From: a virus
DNA: 64,000 nt
Virus record (IMG/VR): IMGVR_UViG_3300038944_000010
Strand: one strand, 5' to 3'
Positions 55,417-64,000 of the stretch are shown here, piece after piece (position 1 is the first letter of the stretch; each line of letters begins with the position of its first letter). Below the pieces are notes generated by a model. The model searched no databases and had not been told where the DNA came from. It saw only the letters and a list, made by a program, of their open reading frames with translations. The translations under genes were made by a program, and so were the position numbers.

Positions 55417-56761
55417 CCGTATCTCGATCGAGGCCGCCCTGCCGATCGCCCAGCGTCTGGACGAACGTAAGCTCCGGGTGCTGCCAGATGAAAACACCCC
55501 GTTGTTGAGCCTGACCATGGCCATCGACAATGCCATGCTCGACAACGACCTCGGCGAGAACGCCGACTTGATCGCTGTGCTGCAAAACCGCTCCAGCGGC
55601 GATGCTCACCGCGTGGCCAAAGCAGACATCATCAAACTGGCGTCCGCGTCGGTCTCGCGTCTGCATGAGATCACTCGCACGCAGGTGCTGCCACTGATCA
55701 AGGAAACGGCTGCTGAAGTGCAAGAGTACGTCAGCAAGCGCCGTATCGAAGCCTCACTGCCATATTCGGTCGTGATGAAGGAAATCCCTGCGGTGTACAC
55801 CAACGCAGCGCTCAAGCAGCTCGCTGACCGTTACCCGCAAGCCTCGCAACTCGAGTTCGCCGCGCGTAACCTGGCCCCAGTGACCCTCGAGCGTCTGAAG
55901 GACCTCTGCAAGACCGGTATGGCTGGCTTCGATGCTGAACTTGCCACCGTGTTGAGCCTGGGCAACGATGAAGGCTACGCACAAGTGCTCAAGGTGCTGA
56001 CGGGCCAGATGGGTCCGCAACAAGCCCATGTCGACTATCTGCCGGGCGTTCTCGTGGCGGCGCAAGCCATCTACGGCGAACCTGAGCCGGGTGTCAACCT
56101 GACGCTGGTCGAGTACAACGATTACCTCAACCGTCTCCTGGGCAAGACCGCTCAGCTGGTCCGCGGCGCATTGATTCGTTACAGCGAAATGGACAAGATG
56201 GGCACGCTGTATTCCACCGATGGCCGTGACTCGATCACCACCATCGTGGTCATGGGCAAACCCTACCGTGCGCTGCTCGAAAAGGGCCTGACCCCTGAAG
56301 CCCTCATCGGCAACGAAATGTCCGGGCGGCGCTTCAGTGCCGGTCAGCTGATCGAGAACAAGACCGCTCTGGAACAGATCTACAACCGCGAGATGAATCT
56401 GCGCAGTCTGAAGGTCCAGTCCGAGATGATGGGCATTGTTCGTGAAGCCCTGCGCATGACCATCAGCAAAGTCATCGTTGCCAAAGACCTCAATGAAGGG
56501 GCTGAAGCAGCTAACCGCAAGCTGCTGGAACTGGTGGCCAAGGTCAACGAACGCAACTGCGATGACATCAATGGTCTGGTCACTGAACTGATCTGCGAAG
56601 TCTTCTACCCGAAGACCGATGCACTGACGTTCATCCGTCTGATGAACCGTGCCGGAGCCGCTGTCAGCGATGACACCGATCCGCGCGAAGTGGCACTGCT
56701 GGCGACGTGCAAATACGTCAACTACTGGCTCTGCCGTCAGATGGGTCTGATCCAGGCATAA
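55409..56761 (+). CDS. hypothetical/virion-associated protein (450 aa)
   Basis: ATG 55409 (MLNRISIEAA...); strong codon bias; between RNAP and protease genes. Confidence 0.75.
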   Translation: MLNRISIEAALPIAQRLDERKLRVLPDENTPLLSLTMAIDNAMLDNDLGENADLIAVLQNRSSGDAHRVAKADIIKLASASVSRLHEITRTQVLPLIKETAAEVQEYVSKRRIEASLPYSVVMKEIPAVYTNAALKQLADRYPQASQLEFAARNLAPVTLERLKDLCKTGMAGFDAELATVLSLGNDEGYAQVLKVLTGQMGPQQAHVDYLPGVLVAAQAIYGEPEPGVNLTLVEYNDYLNRLLGKTAQLVRGALIRYSEMDKMGTLYSTDGRDSITTIVVMGKPYRALLEKGLTPEALIGNEMSGRRFSAGQLIENKTALEQIYNREMNLRSLKVQSEMMGIVREALRMTISKVIVAKDLNEGAEAANRKLLELVAKVNERNCDDINGLVTELICEVFYPKTDALTFIRLMNRAGAAVSDDTDPREVALLATCKYVNYWLCRQMGLIQA

Positions 56762-56814
56762 CCGTCTCTGGCCGGAGGGATTCGTCCCTCCGGCTATCAT
56801 CAGGATTTTTCGCA

Positions 56815-57546
56815 ATGAGTATCAAATCGAGTAAGTTCATCCGTGACGCTGCGCGCGTCCACAAAGCCCTGCAACGCACCGATGAAGGTTCGTTTGTAGC
56901 GCTCAAGCCGCTCAAGCTTTACATCCCCGCTCGGTTTCCTCAGCGCGACCTGGCCACCTTCGAAGACGAGATCACCTTCACTGGGATCTGCGCTATTGTG
57001 CTCGATGACACCTATTACATGGCGTCAAAGATTTGCGCACCGATTCGAAGTGAGCCGACCCTGGTGAGCAGTGCGGTCATTGATGAGGTTGAGTACATCG
57101 AAATGCAGTATGAACCCGGTGATCGGGTCATCTGTAGCGAAAACCTCGTGATGATCGACAACCTGCTGTACCGTATCTATGACGAGATCATCGCCAAAGG
57201 CCGCGTGCCATGGTACATCACCTACACTGAGTTAGGTGGGATCTTCCAGACTTCGCTGAAACATGCCGGAGTCCGGGTGGGTAAGACACCTACGGTCATG
57301 GAGATCATTTCTGCAGCCATTGCCCGCGATGGCAATGACCTGCGTCGTTACTACCGTCAGGTTGTAGAGACCCACGAAGACATCACTCAGTCACCACCTA
57401 CCATCATCCCGTTGCGTAACGTCAGCTACGGGGCGACCAACACCATCGCTAAAATCAGCGGTTCGCGTTTCGACGAAGGCATGACCAGTGCGATTGTTAA
57501 CCCTGGTGAGCGCGTCGAACGGACTGAGAAGATTCTTCGGACGTAA
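56815..57546 (+). CDS. conserved phiKZ-like hypothetical protein (243 aa)
   Basis: ATG 56815 with AGGA SD; directly upstream of the protease. Confidence 0.75.
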   Translation: MSIKSSKFIRDAARVHKALQRTDEGSFVALKPLKLYIPARFPQRDLATFEDEITFTGICAIVLDDTYYMASKICAPIRSEPTLVSSAVIDEVEYIEMQYEPGDRVICSENLVMIDNLLYRIYDEIIAKGRVPWYITYTELGGIFQTSLKHAGVRVGKTPTVMEIISAAIARDGNDLRRYYRQVVETHEDITQSPPTIIPLRNVSYGATNTIAKISGSRFDEGMTSAIVNPGERVERTEKILRT

Positions 57547-57559
57547 AAGGTTAAGAGTT

Positions 57560-58339
57560 ATGGAACGTATCGTTTATCAGTGTAACGTACTCCAGGGCAT
57601 CAATCGGGTGGGGGACCTGAAGAAGCTCGACAATGGGTACTACGAAGTTCGGTTGGGTGCACTCGGTGCGTTCAACTCTGCTGGCTGGCTGTACAGCGAG
57701 CCGGAAGGCCGTCGTCTGATCGAAGGATCGGGCGGTCTGATGCGCATGATGGAAACCGCTCGCCTGCGTGGTGAGTGCGGTCATCCACGTTTCCGTCCTG
57801 GCATGACGCAGCTGGAATGGTTCAGCCGTGTCAACGACATCTTCGAGCCAAACGTCTGCGTGCACATTCGCCGGATTCGTTTAGAGCCGGGTGTGGATGA
57901 GCGCGGTCGTCAAGTGACCATGGTCGTCGGTGAAGTCAAGTCGTCCGGTAAGGAAAGCACTTGGTTGGACCGTCAGCTGGAGAACCGTGATGAAGACGTC
58001 TGCTTCTCCATCCGTTCCTTTACCGAAGACAAAGTCATCGGTGGGGTGAAGACCAAGTTCCTCAAGAAGATCGTCACCTGGGACACGGTCAATGAGCCGG
58101 GCATCGCCAAGTCGTCCAAGTACGGCACGGCCTCGCTTGAGTCGTTGGCCCAAGACATCCCTGAAGCGGATCTGGAAACCGCGTTCTTCGTAGACGCCCT
58201 GCGTCGTGAAGCCCGTGCCATTCCTCAGGTCGGTTTCGGTGAAGGCATCGGCTTTGAATCCAACGCCAATGTCATGTCCCTCATTGCTGAGATCGAACGG
58301 CCTATCAAGGCGTACGTTCCCAGCGCCTGGAGGTGGTAA
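57560..58339 (+). CDS. prohead maturation protease (phiKZ gp175-like)
   Basis: GECGHP (His), FSIRS (Ser), TWDTVNEPG: T4 gp21-type protease motifs; C-terminal ASLE/GFE candidate autocleavage sites. Confidence 0.88.
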   Translation: MERIVYQCNVLQGINRVGDLKKLDNGYYEVRLGALGAFNSAGWLYSEPEGRRLIEGSGGLMRMMETARLRGECGHPRFRPGMTQLEWFSRVNDIFEPNVCVHIRRIRLEPGVDERGRQVTMVVGEVKSSGKESTWLDRQLENRDEDVCFSIRSFTEDKVIGGVKTKFLKKIVTWDTVNEPGIAKSSKYGTASLESLAQDIPEADLETAFFVDALRREARAIPQVGFGEGIGFESNANVMSLIAEIERPIKAYVPSAWRW

Positions 58340-59650
58340 ATGCAAGACCCCATCAACACTGCGTTGGTGGATGCTGTCGAGCGCTTGGAGTCAGAGACCT
58401 CTCTGGCTCCGGCACTTCCCGTGATTTCGGAAATGGCCGACATTGATGCCAGTCGCATGACCTTGGAAGCCTGCGTTGAGCAGATCACCATGGCCGACGG
58501 GTCAGTTGTCGATATTCTGGAAGCTGAACAGACGTATCGGGAATGGCGAGCATCTCATCGTGACATGATCACCGGCAATGCCCAGACTGGGGAAGCGCTG
58601 GTACAGGAACTGCGCGTTGCCATGGAAATGCTGCACCGCCCTTCAATGGAATCGGACCTGATCCGATCCTTGAAGCGCACCTTTGGCACGATGGCTACCT
58701 TGATGAAAACCTTCGGGAAAGACTTGGTCGCCATTCGCAACGAGATCACCAAACACAAAGAGGCCATTGAGGCCAAGCCTGTGCTGTTGGACTCGATTTC
58801 GTCGTATAACTTCCTGACCCGTGACAACAAACCGGTCAAGGGATTGGACACCGCAATCGATGAAGACCTTGAGTTTATCAAGGCGTGCGAAGTGCACTAC
58901 AAGCATCTGTTCGAGTTGTCCACCAGCCTCAGCAAGCGTTTCCGTGAGGCCTGCAACAGCGATTCTGAAAGTGACATCCGTGACGCCATCGATCAGTTTG
59001 ACGAGGCCTTGCTGGACCGCACTGAGTTCAATAACCTGACAAAGTTTCATTTGTTAGGTAATCGTATGATTTACCTCGATAAACGTGGTTACCCCCAGTA
59101 TCGGGTCAGCAAATCCCTTTGGAAGTTCACGACCAAAGAAGCTGATGCGAACAATCTGGTGACACAGTTGGCCACGAAAAAGATACACGGCTTCTCCATT
59201 GGCGGACCGGTAAAGTCTGTTAGAGGTGTGGCTGGCATTAACGTGGTGGCTGCCCAGAAACAGGTGGTCAATCAAGTTAAAGCCGGTGGCGGAGAAACCG
59301 ACGTTTCAGCATTCATTAGTATGCTGGACGACACCATTGCGCTGAACAACCAGGTGGTGAAGTTTGCTCAAATGGCAGCGGCCATGGGTGAGCGGATCAC
59401 TCGGATGTCTAGCGACATGGACGATGCATACAACCGCGTCAACACCGAAAAGACTGAGCAAGAAAATGCCATTCGTGTCAGGGAGCTTCGTTCTCTGCAT
59501 CGGGCGGCGCGTCGGAGCGTGTCGCAATACATGTTCCTTGGGAAGTCCATCGCCACTATGATGGAGGACCATGCTTCGTATGTGTACCGTAACATCACGC
59601 TTATCGCTAATGATGTGCTCAAGAAAACCGTCAAGGACCCTTCCAAATGA
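58340..59650 (+). CDS. putative internal head protein
   Basis: 436 aa; acidic N-terminus with TLE/AME/SME motifs; follows the protease. Confidence 0.65.
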   Translation: MQDPINTALVDAVERLESETSLAPALPVISEMADIDASRMTLEACVEQITMADGSVVDILEAEQTYREWRASHRDMITGNAQTGEALVQELRVAMEMLHRPSMESDLIRSLKRTFGTMATLMKTFGKDLVAIRNEITKHKEAIEAKPVLLDSISSYNFLTRDNKPVKGLDTAIDEDLEFIKACEVHYKHLFELSTSLSKRFREACNSDSESDIRDAIDQFDEALLDRTEFNNLTKFHLLGNRMIYLDKRGYPQYRVSKSLWKFTTKEADANNLVTQLATKKIHGFSIGGPVKSVRGVAGINVVAAQKQVVNQVKAGGGETDVSAFISMLDDTIALNNQVVKFAQMAAAMGERITRMSSDMDDAYNRVNTEKTEQENAIRVRELRSLHRAARRSVSQYMFLGKSIATMMEDHASYVYRNITLIANDVLKKTVKDPSK

Positions 59651-60942
59651 AAAACCCGATTCTGCAACAAGCTCTTTCCGTTTCCATGGCCTCGCTGAAT
59701 GGTGAGCCTTCCGAGCCTACTCCTCTCGAGCAAACCGATGCCGAGATGCAGGAAGAGCTGTACGAAGCCGCTGCCGACAGCAACGAGCTGACCCCTGAAA
59801 GCTACGTCGAAGACCGTCTTGAAGTCGAAGGCGACGTCGAGACCCTGACCAGCGCTGCTGCTCAGATCGCCGAAGGTCAAGAAGTCAGCCACGAGCAGCT
59901 CGATGCTGCTGTTGCGCTGGCCAACGCTGTGACTGGCCGTTACGGCGTCGTCATGCAGACCACTGGCATGGAGTCCTCCATGGACCCGGCTCAGCGCGCT
60001 GCTGAAGTGCGTCAACACCTGCTGAACACCAGCGCCAGCCTCGAGTCGGCTCTGAACGTCACCATGGAAAGCTACTCCCTGTCCGACCTGTGGGACAAGC
60101 TCGGCATGATGAACCGCGAGATTCCTGAACTGGAAGCCAACATCGCGGCCATGAAGCAACACGCTGGCAAAGACGTCGAAACCCGTCATGGTAGCGCCGC
60201 CTACTTCACTGGCGTCGTTCAGGCGTTCATCGTTGACGGCAAGATGACTTCTCCTTCGGTTGCTGCTGCTGGCACCGGTAAGGCGATGGACGAGCTGCTC
60301 GCGTACGGCGACCAGGCCATGGCTACTGCCAAGAAAGCCACTGACATCGCTGTCAAGGTTGACTGGAAAGATGCCGATGCTGCCAAGAAAGCTCTCGAGC
60401 AGATCAAGGGTCTGAAGAACGTCGGTGCTGAAGTTGTTCGTAACTTCGCTGCTCGTCCTGTCATGGGCAACCGCAAGTTCCAAGCTTCCTCCTTCAAAGT
60501 GAAGGGCGCTGAAGCCATGGGCGACTGGGCCAACGCTGCCAAGCTGGACGTCAGCTGGCGTAAAGCCCACAAGGGCCTGATCGCTGAACTGCTGTTCGCT
60601 GACCAGTCGGGCATCATCTACTTCACTTACGGCGCGCTGAAGAAGCAGCAGGTGAAGGTCGATGACCTGATCGAAGGCGCAAGCAAAGTAGCTTCCGCTG
60701 CTGCCAAGACCCGCGACAAGCGCGCTCAGTCGCCGAAGAAGTGGGCCGAGCACAAGAAGCTGGTTGCTGAACTGAAGGCCAAGGTAACCGGTAGCTCCGA
60801 AGCTGCTGTTGCTGTCCGTCTGATCTCCGAAATGGATCGTCTGGGCTGGTCTTGCTACAACACTGGCTTCACTGTCATGGCGTCGATCATTCGCGAACTG
60901 AACGTCGCGATCAAGCGCGCTGCTGACAAGGCTGCGAAGTAA
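59647..60942 (+). CDS. putative abundant internal head protein with acidic propeptide
   Basis: Very acidic N-terminal region ending in GME/SLE/TME motifs, then an Ala/Lys-rich region; strong codon bias. Confidence 0.7.
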   Translation: MKNPILQQALSVSMASLNGEPSEPTPLEQTDAEMQEELYEAAADSNELTPESYVEDRLEVEGDVETLTSAAAQIAEGQEVSHEQLDAAVALANAVTGRYGVVMQTTGMESSMDPAQRAAEVRQHLLNTSASLESALNVTMESYSLSDLWDKLGMMNREIPELEANIAAMKQHAGKDVETRHGSAAYFTGVVQAFIVDGKMTSPSVAAAGTGKAMDELLAYGDQAMATAKKATDIAVKVDWKDADAAKKALEQIKGLKNVGAEVVRNFAARPVMGNRKFQASSFKVKGAEAMGDWANAAKLDVSWRKAHKGLIAELLFADQSGIIYFTYGALKKQQVKVDDLIEGASKVASAAAKTRDKRAQSPKKWAEHKKLVAELKAKVTGSSEAAVAVRLISEMDRLGWSCYNTGFTVMASIIRELNVAIKRAADKAAK

Positions 60943-60953
60943 GCAACACCCGT

Positions 60954-61000
60954 CATAAACCCCCTGTCCCCGGCTTCGTGCTGAGGGCAGGGGGTTTATG
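60954..61000 (+). terminator. hairpin (CATA...TATG family)
   Basis: CATAAACCCCCTGTCCC...GGGCAGGGGGTTTATG after the head operon. Confidence 0.65.
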
Positions 61001-61023
61001 CTGACTTGCCTGGAAATAAATTT

Positions 61024-61089
61024 GATTCGAATATTTTTCAGCAATACATAGTAAACGTGAATAGGAAGAATGATCTCCCTGTTTTAACC
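61024..61089 (+). promoter_or_regulatory. putative phage early-type promoter and leader, copy 3
   Basis: GATTCGA-N14-TACAT-N7-GTG...AGAATGATCTC...TTTAACC; near-copy of 3488-3552. Confidence 0.7.
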
Positions 61090-61111
61090 CTTACGTTCCA
61101 GGAGAACAACT

Positions 61112-61498
61112 GTGTCTGCAATTACTCGTGATACCCTGAAAGCCAAAGTCGCTAACCTGTTCACCAACCGTGAGCTGGGCGAGTATGTGGTGTTCAGTAA
61201 AGAAGCCTTGGCTCAGATGAATGCCATTGCTGAGCGCCTCAGAGAAGAAAGCCGTTTTGATGAAAGCCAGCTGGTTCAGGAAGACCTGGATACTGCTGAT
61301 CACATCCTCAGCTACTTCACGCCTAAGGCCTTCACAGGCCGCATAGAGAACGGCGTACTGCTACCCTGTACAGACGATGAGTTCCTGCAAGCAATCGACG
61401 CTATCAAAGCCGAGGGCGCTCTCATGGAGTTCTTCGTAGTGCTCCCTGTGTTGCTCGTCGCTGAAGTGGCGAACGAGACCAAATCGTTCTACCGTTAA
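61112..61498 (+). CDS. hypothetical protein (128 aa)
   Basis: GTG start with AGGAG SD. Confidence 0.7.
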   Translation: MSAITRDTLKAKVANLFTNRELGEYVVFSKEALAQMNAIAERLREESRFDESQLVQEDLDTADHILSYFTPKAFTGRIENGVLLPCTDDEFLQAIDAIKAEGALMEFFVVLPVLLVAEVANETKSFYR

Positions 61499-61534
61499 TC
61501 CCTCTGATTCACCTCAGTCTTAAGGAGACTACTC

Positions 61535-61672
61535 ATGGAAAAGCTAATTCTTGTATCTGTCGGTGTCGGCCTGGGCTGGTGGTTGAAGAGCCGTAACGAC
61601 GAACGCAATGAACTGCGCCGGGAAAACGAAATCCTGCGCAACAAGATGAATGAGAAAGAGAAAGGAGAATAA
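61535..61672 (+). CDS. small membrane protein (45 aa, MEKLILVSVGVGLGWWLK...)
   Basis: Read manually; TAAGGAG SD. Confidence 0.6.
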   Translation: MEKLILVSVGVGLGWWLKSRNDERNELRRENEILRNKMNEKEKGE

Positions 61673-61674
61673 AC

Positions 61675-61818
61675 ATGGCCGGCTATAACCCCATGACGGA
61701 CCTGGCGGTCATAGCCGGGTTCATGGTACTGCTGCTTGTGATCGGTTACATCGGTGACAAGCATGACAAACGCAAGAAAGCCGCCCTGCGCGGCGCCACC
61801 CGCATCATCACTCAATAA
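61675..61818 (+). CDS. small membrane protein (47 aa, MAGYNPMTDLAVIAGFMVLLLVIGYIG...)
   Basis: Read manually; AAGGAG SD. Confidence 0.6.
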   Translation: MAGYNPMTDLAVIAGFMVLLLVIGYIGDKHDKRKKAALRGATRIITQ

Positions 61819-61846
61819 ACCTCATTATAGATTTTGGAGAAACACC

Positions 61847-62098
61847 ATGGCAATTCTCGAAGCGATCAAAGGTACTGTCGTAGTTGTTGTCGGCGCAGCT
61901 CGCGCTAACCCTGTAGCAGCCGCTGGCATCGCCGTGGCGACTGTTGCGGTCGCCGGTGGTGGCATCTACCTGCGTAAGCGCTGCAAGGCCAAGAAGGCCC
62001 AGCAGAGCAAGGATGCAGCAGACGCCCTCAAGGAAGCTGAAGCAGCCCCGGCCGATAACGCGTCTCCGGCTCCTGAGGCCGATGCAGCTGCCAGCTAA
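61847..62098 (+). CDS. small membrane protein (83 aa)
   Basis: GGAG SD; hydrophobic segment then Lys/Ala-rich tail. Confidence 0.65.
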   Translation: MAILEAIKGTVVVVVGAARANPVAAAGIAVATVAVAGGGIYLRKRCKAKKAQQSKDAADALKEAEAAPADNASPAPEADAAAS

Positions 62099-62107
62099 GG
62101 CTGGAAG

Positions 62108-62136
62108 AAAAGGGGCCTTCGGGTCCTTTTTCTTTT
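62108..62136 (+). terminator. intrinsic terminator
   Basis: AAAAGGGGCC-TTCG-GGTCCTTTTT. Confidence 0.7.
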
Positions 62137-62149
62137 GTTGATTTGATTC

Positions 62150-62185
62150 GATTCAAGCTTTTTGTGGAGCTACATTACCCTTGTG
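62150..62185 (+). promoter_or_regulatory. putative phage early-type promoter, copy 4
   Basis: GATTCAA-N14-TACAT-N7-GTG. Confidence 0.6.
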
Positions 62186-62277
62186 TATATCGGAAGCTGA
62201 TTGTAAATAAAAACTTCAGCCGCCACTGATGTGCGTTAACACGTGTTGACCAACGAAAATTAAATGGAGTAATAGCG

Positions 62278-62742
62278 ATGTCCGAAGCACTGAACAAAGT
62301 ATCCGATGAGATCAAGAAGCTGGGTCAGATCGTCGAAGCAAGTCTGACTTACGACGACGACGGCGCCGCGGTCCTGCCGGAAACCTTCGTGAAGGACAAC
62401 CTCGAAGAAGGTCTGGACCTTGATCTGATCAAGCGCGTTCAGAACACCGAAGCCACCTTTGCCGGCGCACTGGCATTGGGTCTGGGTAACTCCAGCCGTC
62501 AGCGCATGCAGGACAAGCCTGACCTGGAACGTACCTCCGTGTCCCTGGACTTCGGTAACAACACCATCCGTGCCTCGGTTGATCGCAAGGTCATGGTCCG
62601 TGCGCCGGGCGCCACCGAAGAGCGTGCTAAGTACGGCAACGTCTCCGTCAAGCTCGACAGCGGCGCTGCTGCTAAGCGTGGCGATCTGAAGCGTGTGATC
62701 ACCCACGTGAACGACACCTTCGCTGCAGCTTTCGACAAGTAA
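62278..62742 (+). CDS. hypothetical protein (154 aa), probably highly expressed
   Basis: GGAG SD, strong codon bias, own promoter motif and terminator. Confidence 0.8.
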   Translation: MSEALNKVSDEIKKLGQIVEASLTYDDDGAAVLPETFVKDNLEEGLDLDLIKRVQNTEATFAGALALGLGNSSRQRMQDKPDLERTSVSLDFGNNTIRASVDRKVMVRAPGATEERAKYGNVSVKLDSGAAAKRGDLKRVITHVNDTFAAAFDK

Positions 62743-62757
62743 GCAATTGCGGCCACG

Positions 62758-62802
62758 CAGCCAGTCACTTCGGTGACTGGCTGTTATGTCGTTTCTTTTT
62801 TC
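62758..62802 (+). terminator. intrinsic terminator
   Basis: CAGCCAGTCAC-TTCG-GTGACTGGCTG-TTATGTCGTTTCTTTTTT. Confidence 0.75.
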
Positions 62803-62892
62803 TAAGCCAGGAATATAGAACTGGTCCCGAACATTCTGTGAAGCATGGCCAACACATGCCTTACACTCAAGCATAGACAACAGGAGCACCAC

Positions 62893-63540
62893 ATGAACGC
62901 ATTCGTCGATCCAGCCAACACTTGCCTGGAACTCAGTCAGGAACAAGTCATCCTGCGTAACGAGCTTCAGGCGATTGCCGAGGCACTGCTCAAAGGCGGG
63001 TTCTACTTCCGCTTGATCATGACCGACGACATCTTGCACATGGCCGACATTCGCCAGCGGGCCAAAGATGGCATGTCCCCCAACCCGAACGCCAAGGGTA
63101 AGGACAACTTCTTCTACGGCGCTGCACTGGCACAGTCCCTGCAAGATCGCATCGACGCCATTGTGCGTGAGAGCAAGCCTCTGCTGATGGACGCGGTCAA
63201 AGGCGGCAAGACTGACCTGCTCGAAGAGTACGGCATCACTGCGGCGTTCGACACCACGCAGAAAGCCTACCTCGTACAGTTCAAGAACTGTGGCATGGGC
63301 TTCTACTTCAGTGAGCGCATTCATACTCCACGTGAGAATCGGCCTAAACGTATGACACTCGCTGCCGTGGCGCATTCTGCTGGTATCCAGCCAGAAGCCA
63401 AGACCGCACCTAAAGCTCAGCCGAAGAAAGCTGAACCCAAGGCGGTCAAGAACACGGTCAGTGAAGGGTCGAAGCGTTCACCCAAAGCTGCTCCGGTCAA
63501 GCGCCGGCAGTTTACGGTGATTCGCGAAATCCGTAGCTGA
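62893..63540 (+). CDS. hypothetical protein with basic Lys/Pro/Ala-rich C-terminal tail
   Basis: ATG 62893 with AGGAG SD. Confidence 0.7.
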   Translation: MNAFVDPANTCLELSQEQVILRNELQAIAEALLKGGFYFRLIMTDDILHMADIRQRAKDGMSPNPNAKGKDNFFYGAALAQSLQDRIDAIVRESKPLLMDAVKGGKTDLLEEYGITAAFDTTQKAYLVQFKNCGMGFYFSERIHTPRENRPKRMTLAAVAHSAGIQPEAKTAPKAQPKKAEPKAVKNTVSEGSKRSPKAAPVKRRQFTVIREIRS

Positions 63541-63587
63541 TTCTGACGCATGCCTCCGTCTTCGGGCGGAGGCTTTGAGAGGTGGGT

Positions 63588-64000
63588 ATGAAGTTGTCTA
63601 TCATGGAGGCGGCGCTGGTAGCCGCATTCGGCGCAATTGAAGACAAGGTAGCCCACGCTGCCGAGCATGGGCATGAATGGCGTAATCGAGACCGCATCCC
63701 GATCTTCGATGAGTTCAATCAGTTCATGGGCGATGAGTTGATCGATGAGGATACACGCCTTGCGTTCTCGCGCAGCACCCTCGAAGGGTTTGACTACTGC
63801 ATCCGGGTCAGCTTCTGGGATGCGGAAGGCGAACTGGATTACTTCATCTTGGACATTGGGATCAGAGAGCCCTGCTTGAGTGTCCGGATGAATGAAGAAA
63901 ACCCTGAAGCCGTCTTCAGTCAGCTGGAGGACCTTGGCACCGTGATTGATGCCCTGGCCCGAATTGACATGATGGATGAAGAACTCAAAGAAGAGCAGCG
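63588..64000 (+). CDS. acidic hypothetical protein, truncated by the window end
   Basis: GAGG SD, ATG 63588 (MKLSIMEAALV...), open to 64000. Confidence 0.65.
   Translation, partial: MKLSIMEAALVAAFGAIEDKVAHAAEHGHEWRNRDRIPIFDEFNQFMGDELIDEDTRLAFSRSTLEGFDYCIRVSFWDAEGELDYFILDIGIREPCLSVRMNEENPEAVFSQLEDLGTVIDALARIDMMDEELKEEQ

Noticed and set aside
59368..61044. 558-aa minus-strand ORF
   Set aside because: Antisense to strongly codon-biased head protein genes; not protein-like.

Overview
This 64-kb window looks like part of a phiKZ-like (Chimalliviridae-type) jumbo phage genome; family assignments come from recalled motifs and synteny, not database searches. Core genes are three pieces of the split virion RNA polymerase (large beta, beta' with ADFDGD, small C-terminal beta fragment), the prohead protease, inner-head proteins, a 2119-aa tail protein with a lytic transglycosylase domain, baseplate spike and PAAR proteins, two repeat-rich tail fibres, SbcC, RNase H, a UvsX/RecA-like ATPase, an endolysin and a probable spanin pair. 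The main accessory element is a ~11.7-kb minus-strand cluster (6042-17750) between the tail-fibre genes and the endolysin. It encodes six radical-SAM proteins with Cys-rich C-termini, three Fe(II)/2OG- or JmjC-type oxygenases, several unknown proteins and a 183-aa protein ending in CHTSCHSNCHCARGRR. Together these suggest a phage-encoded RiPP-like protein-modification system. A second unexplained signal is a three-copy promoter-plus-two-hairpin RNA motif with compensatory base changes and a palindromic GGUACC loop (1852-3151). There is also a four-copy fixed-spacing promoter motif and a family of CATA...TATG-flanked intergenic hairpins.
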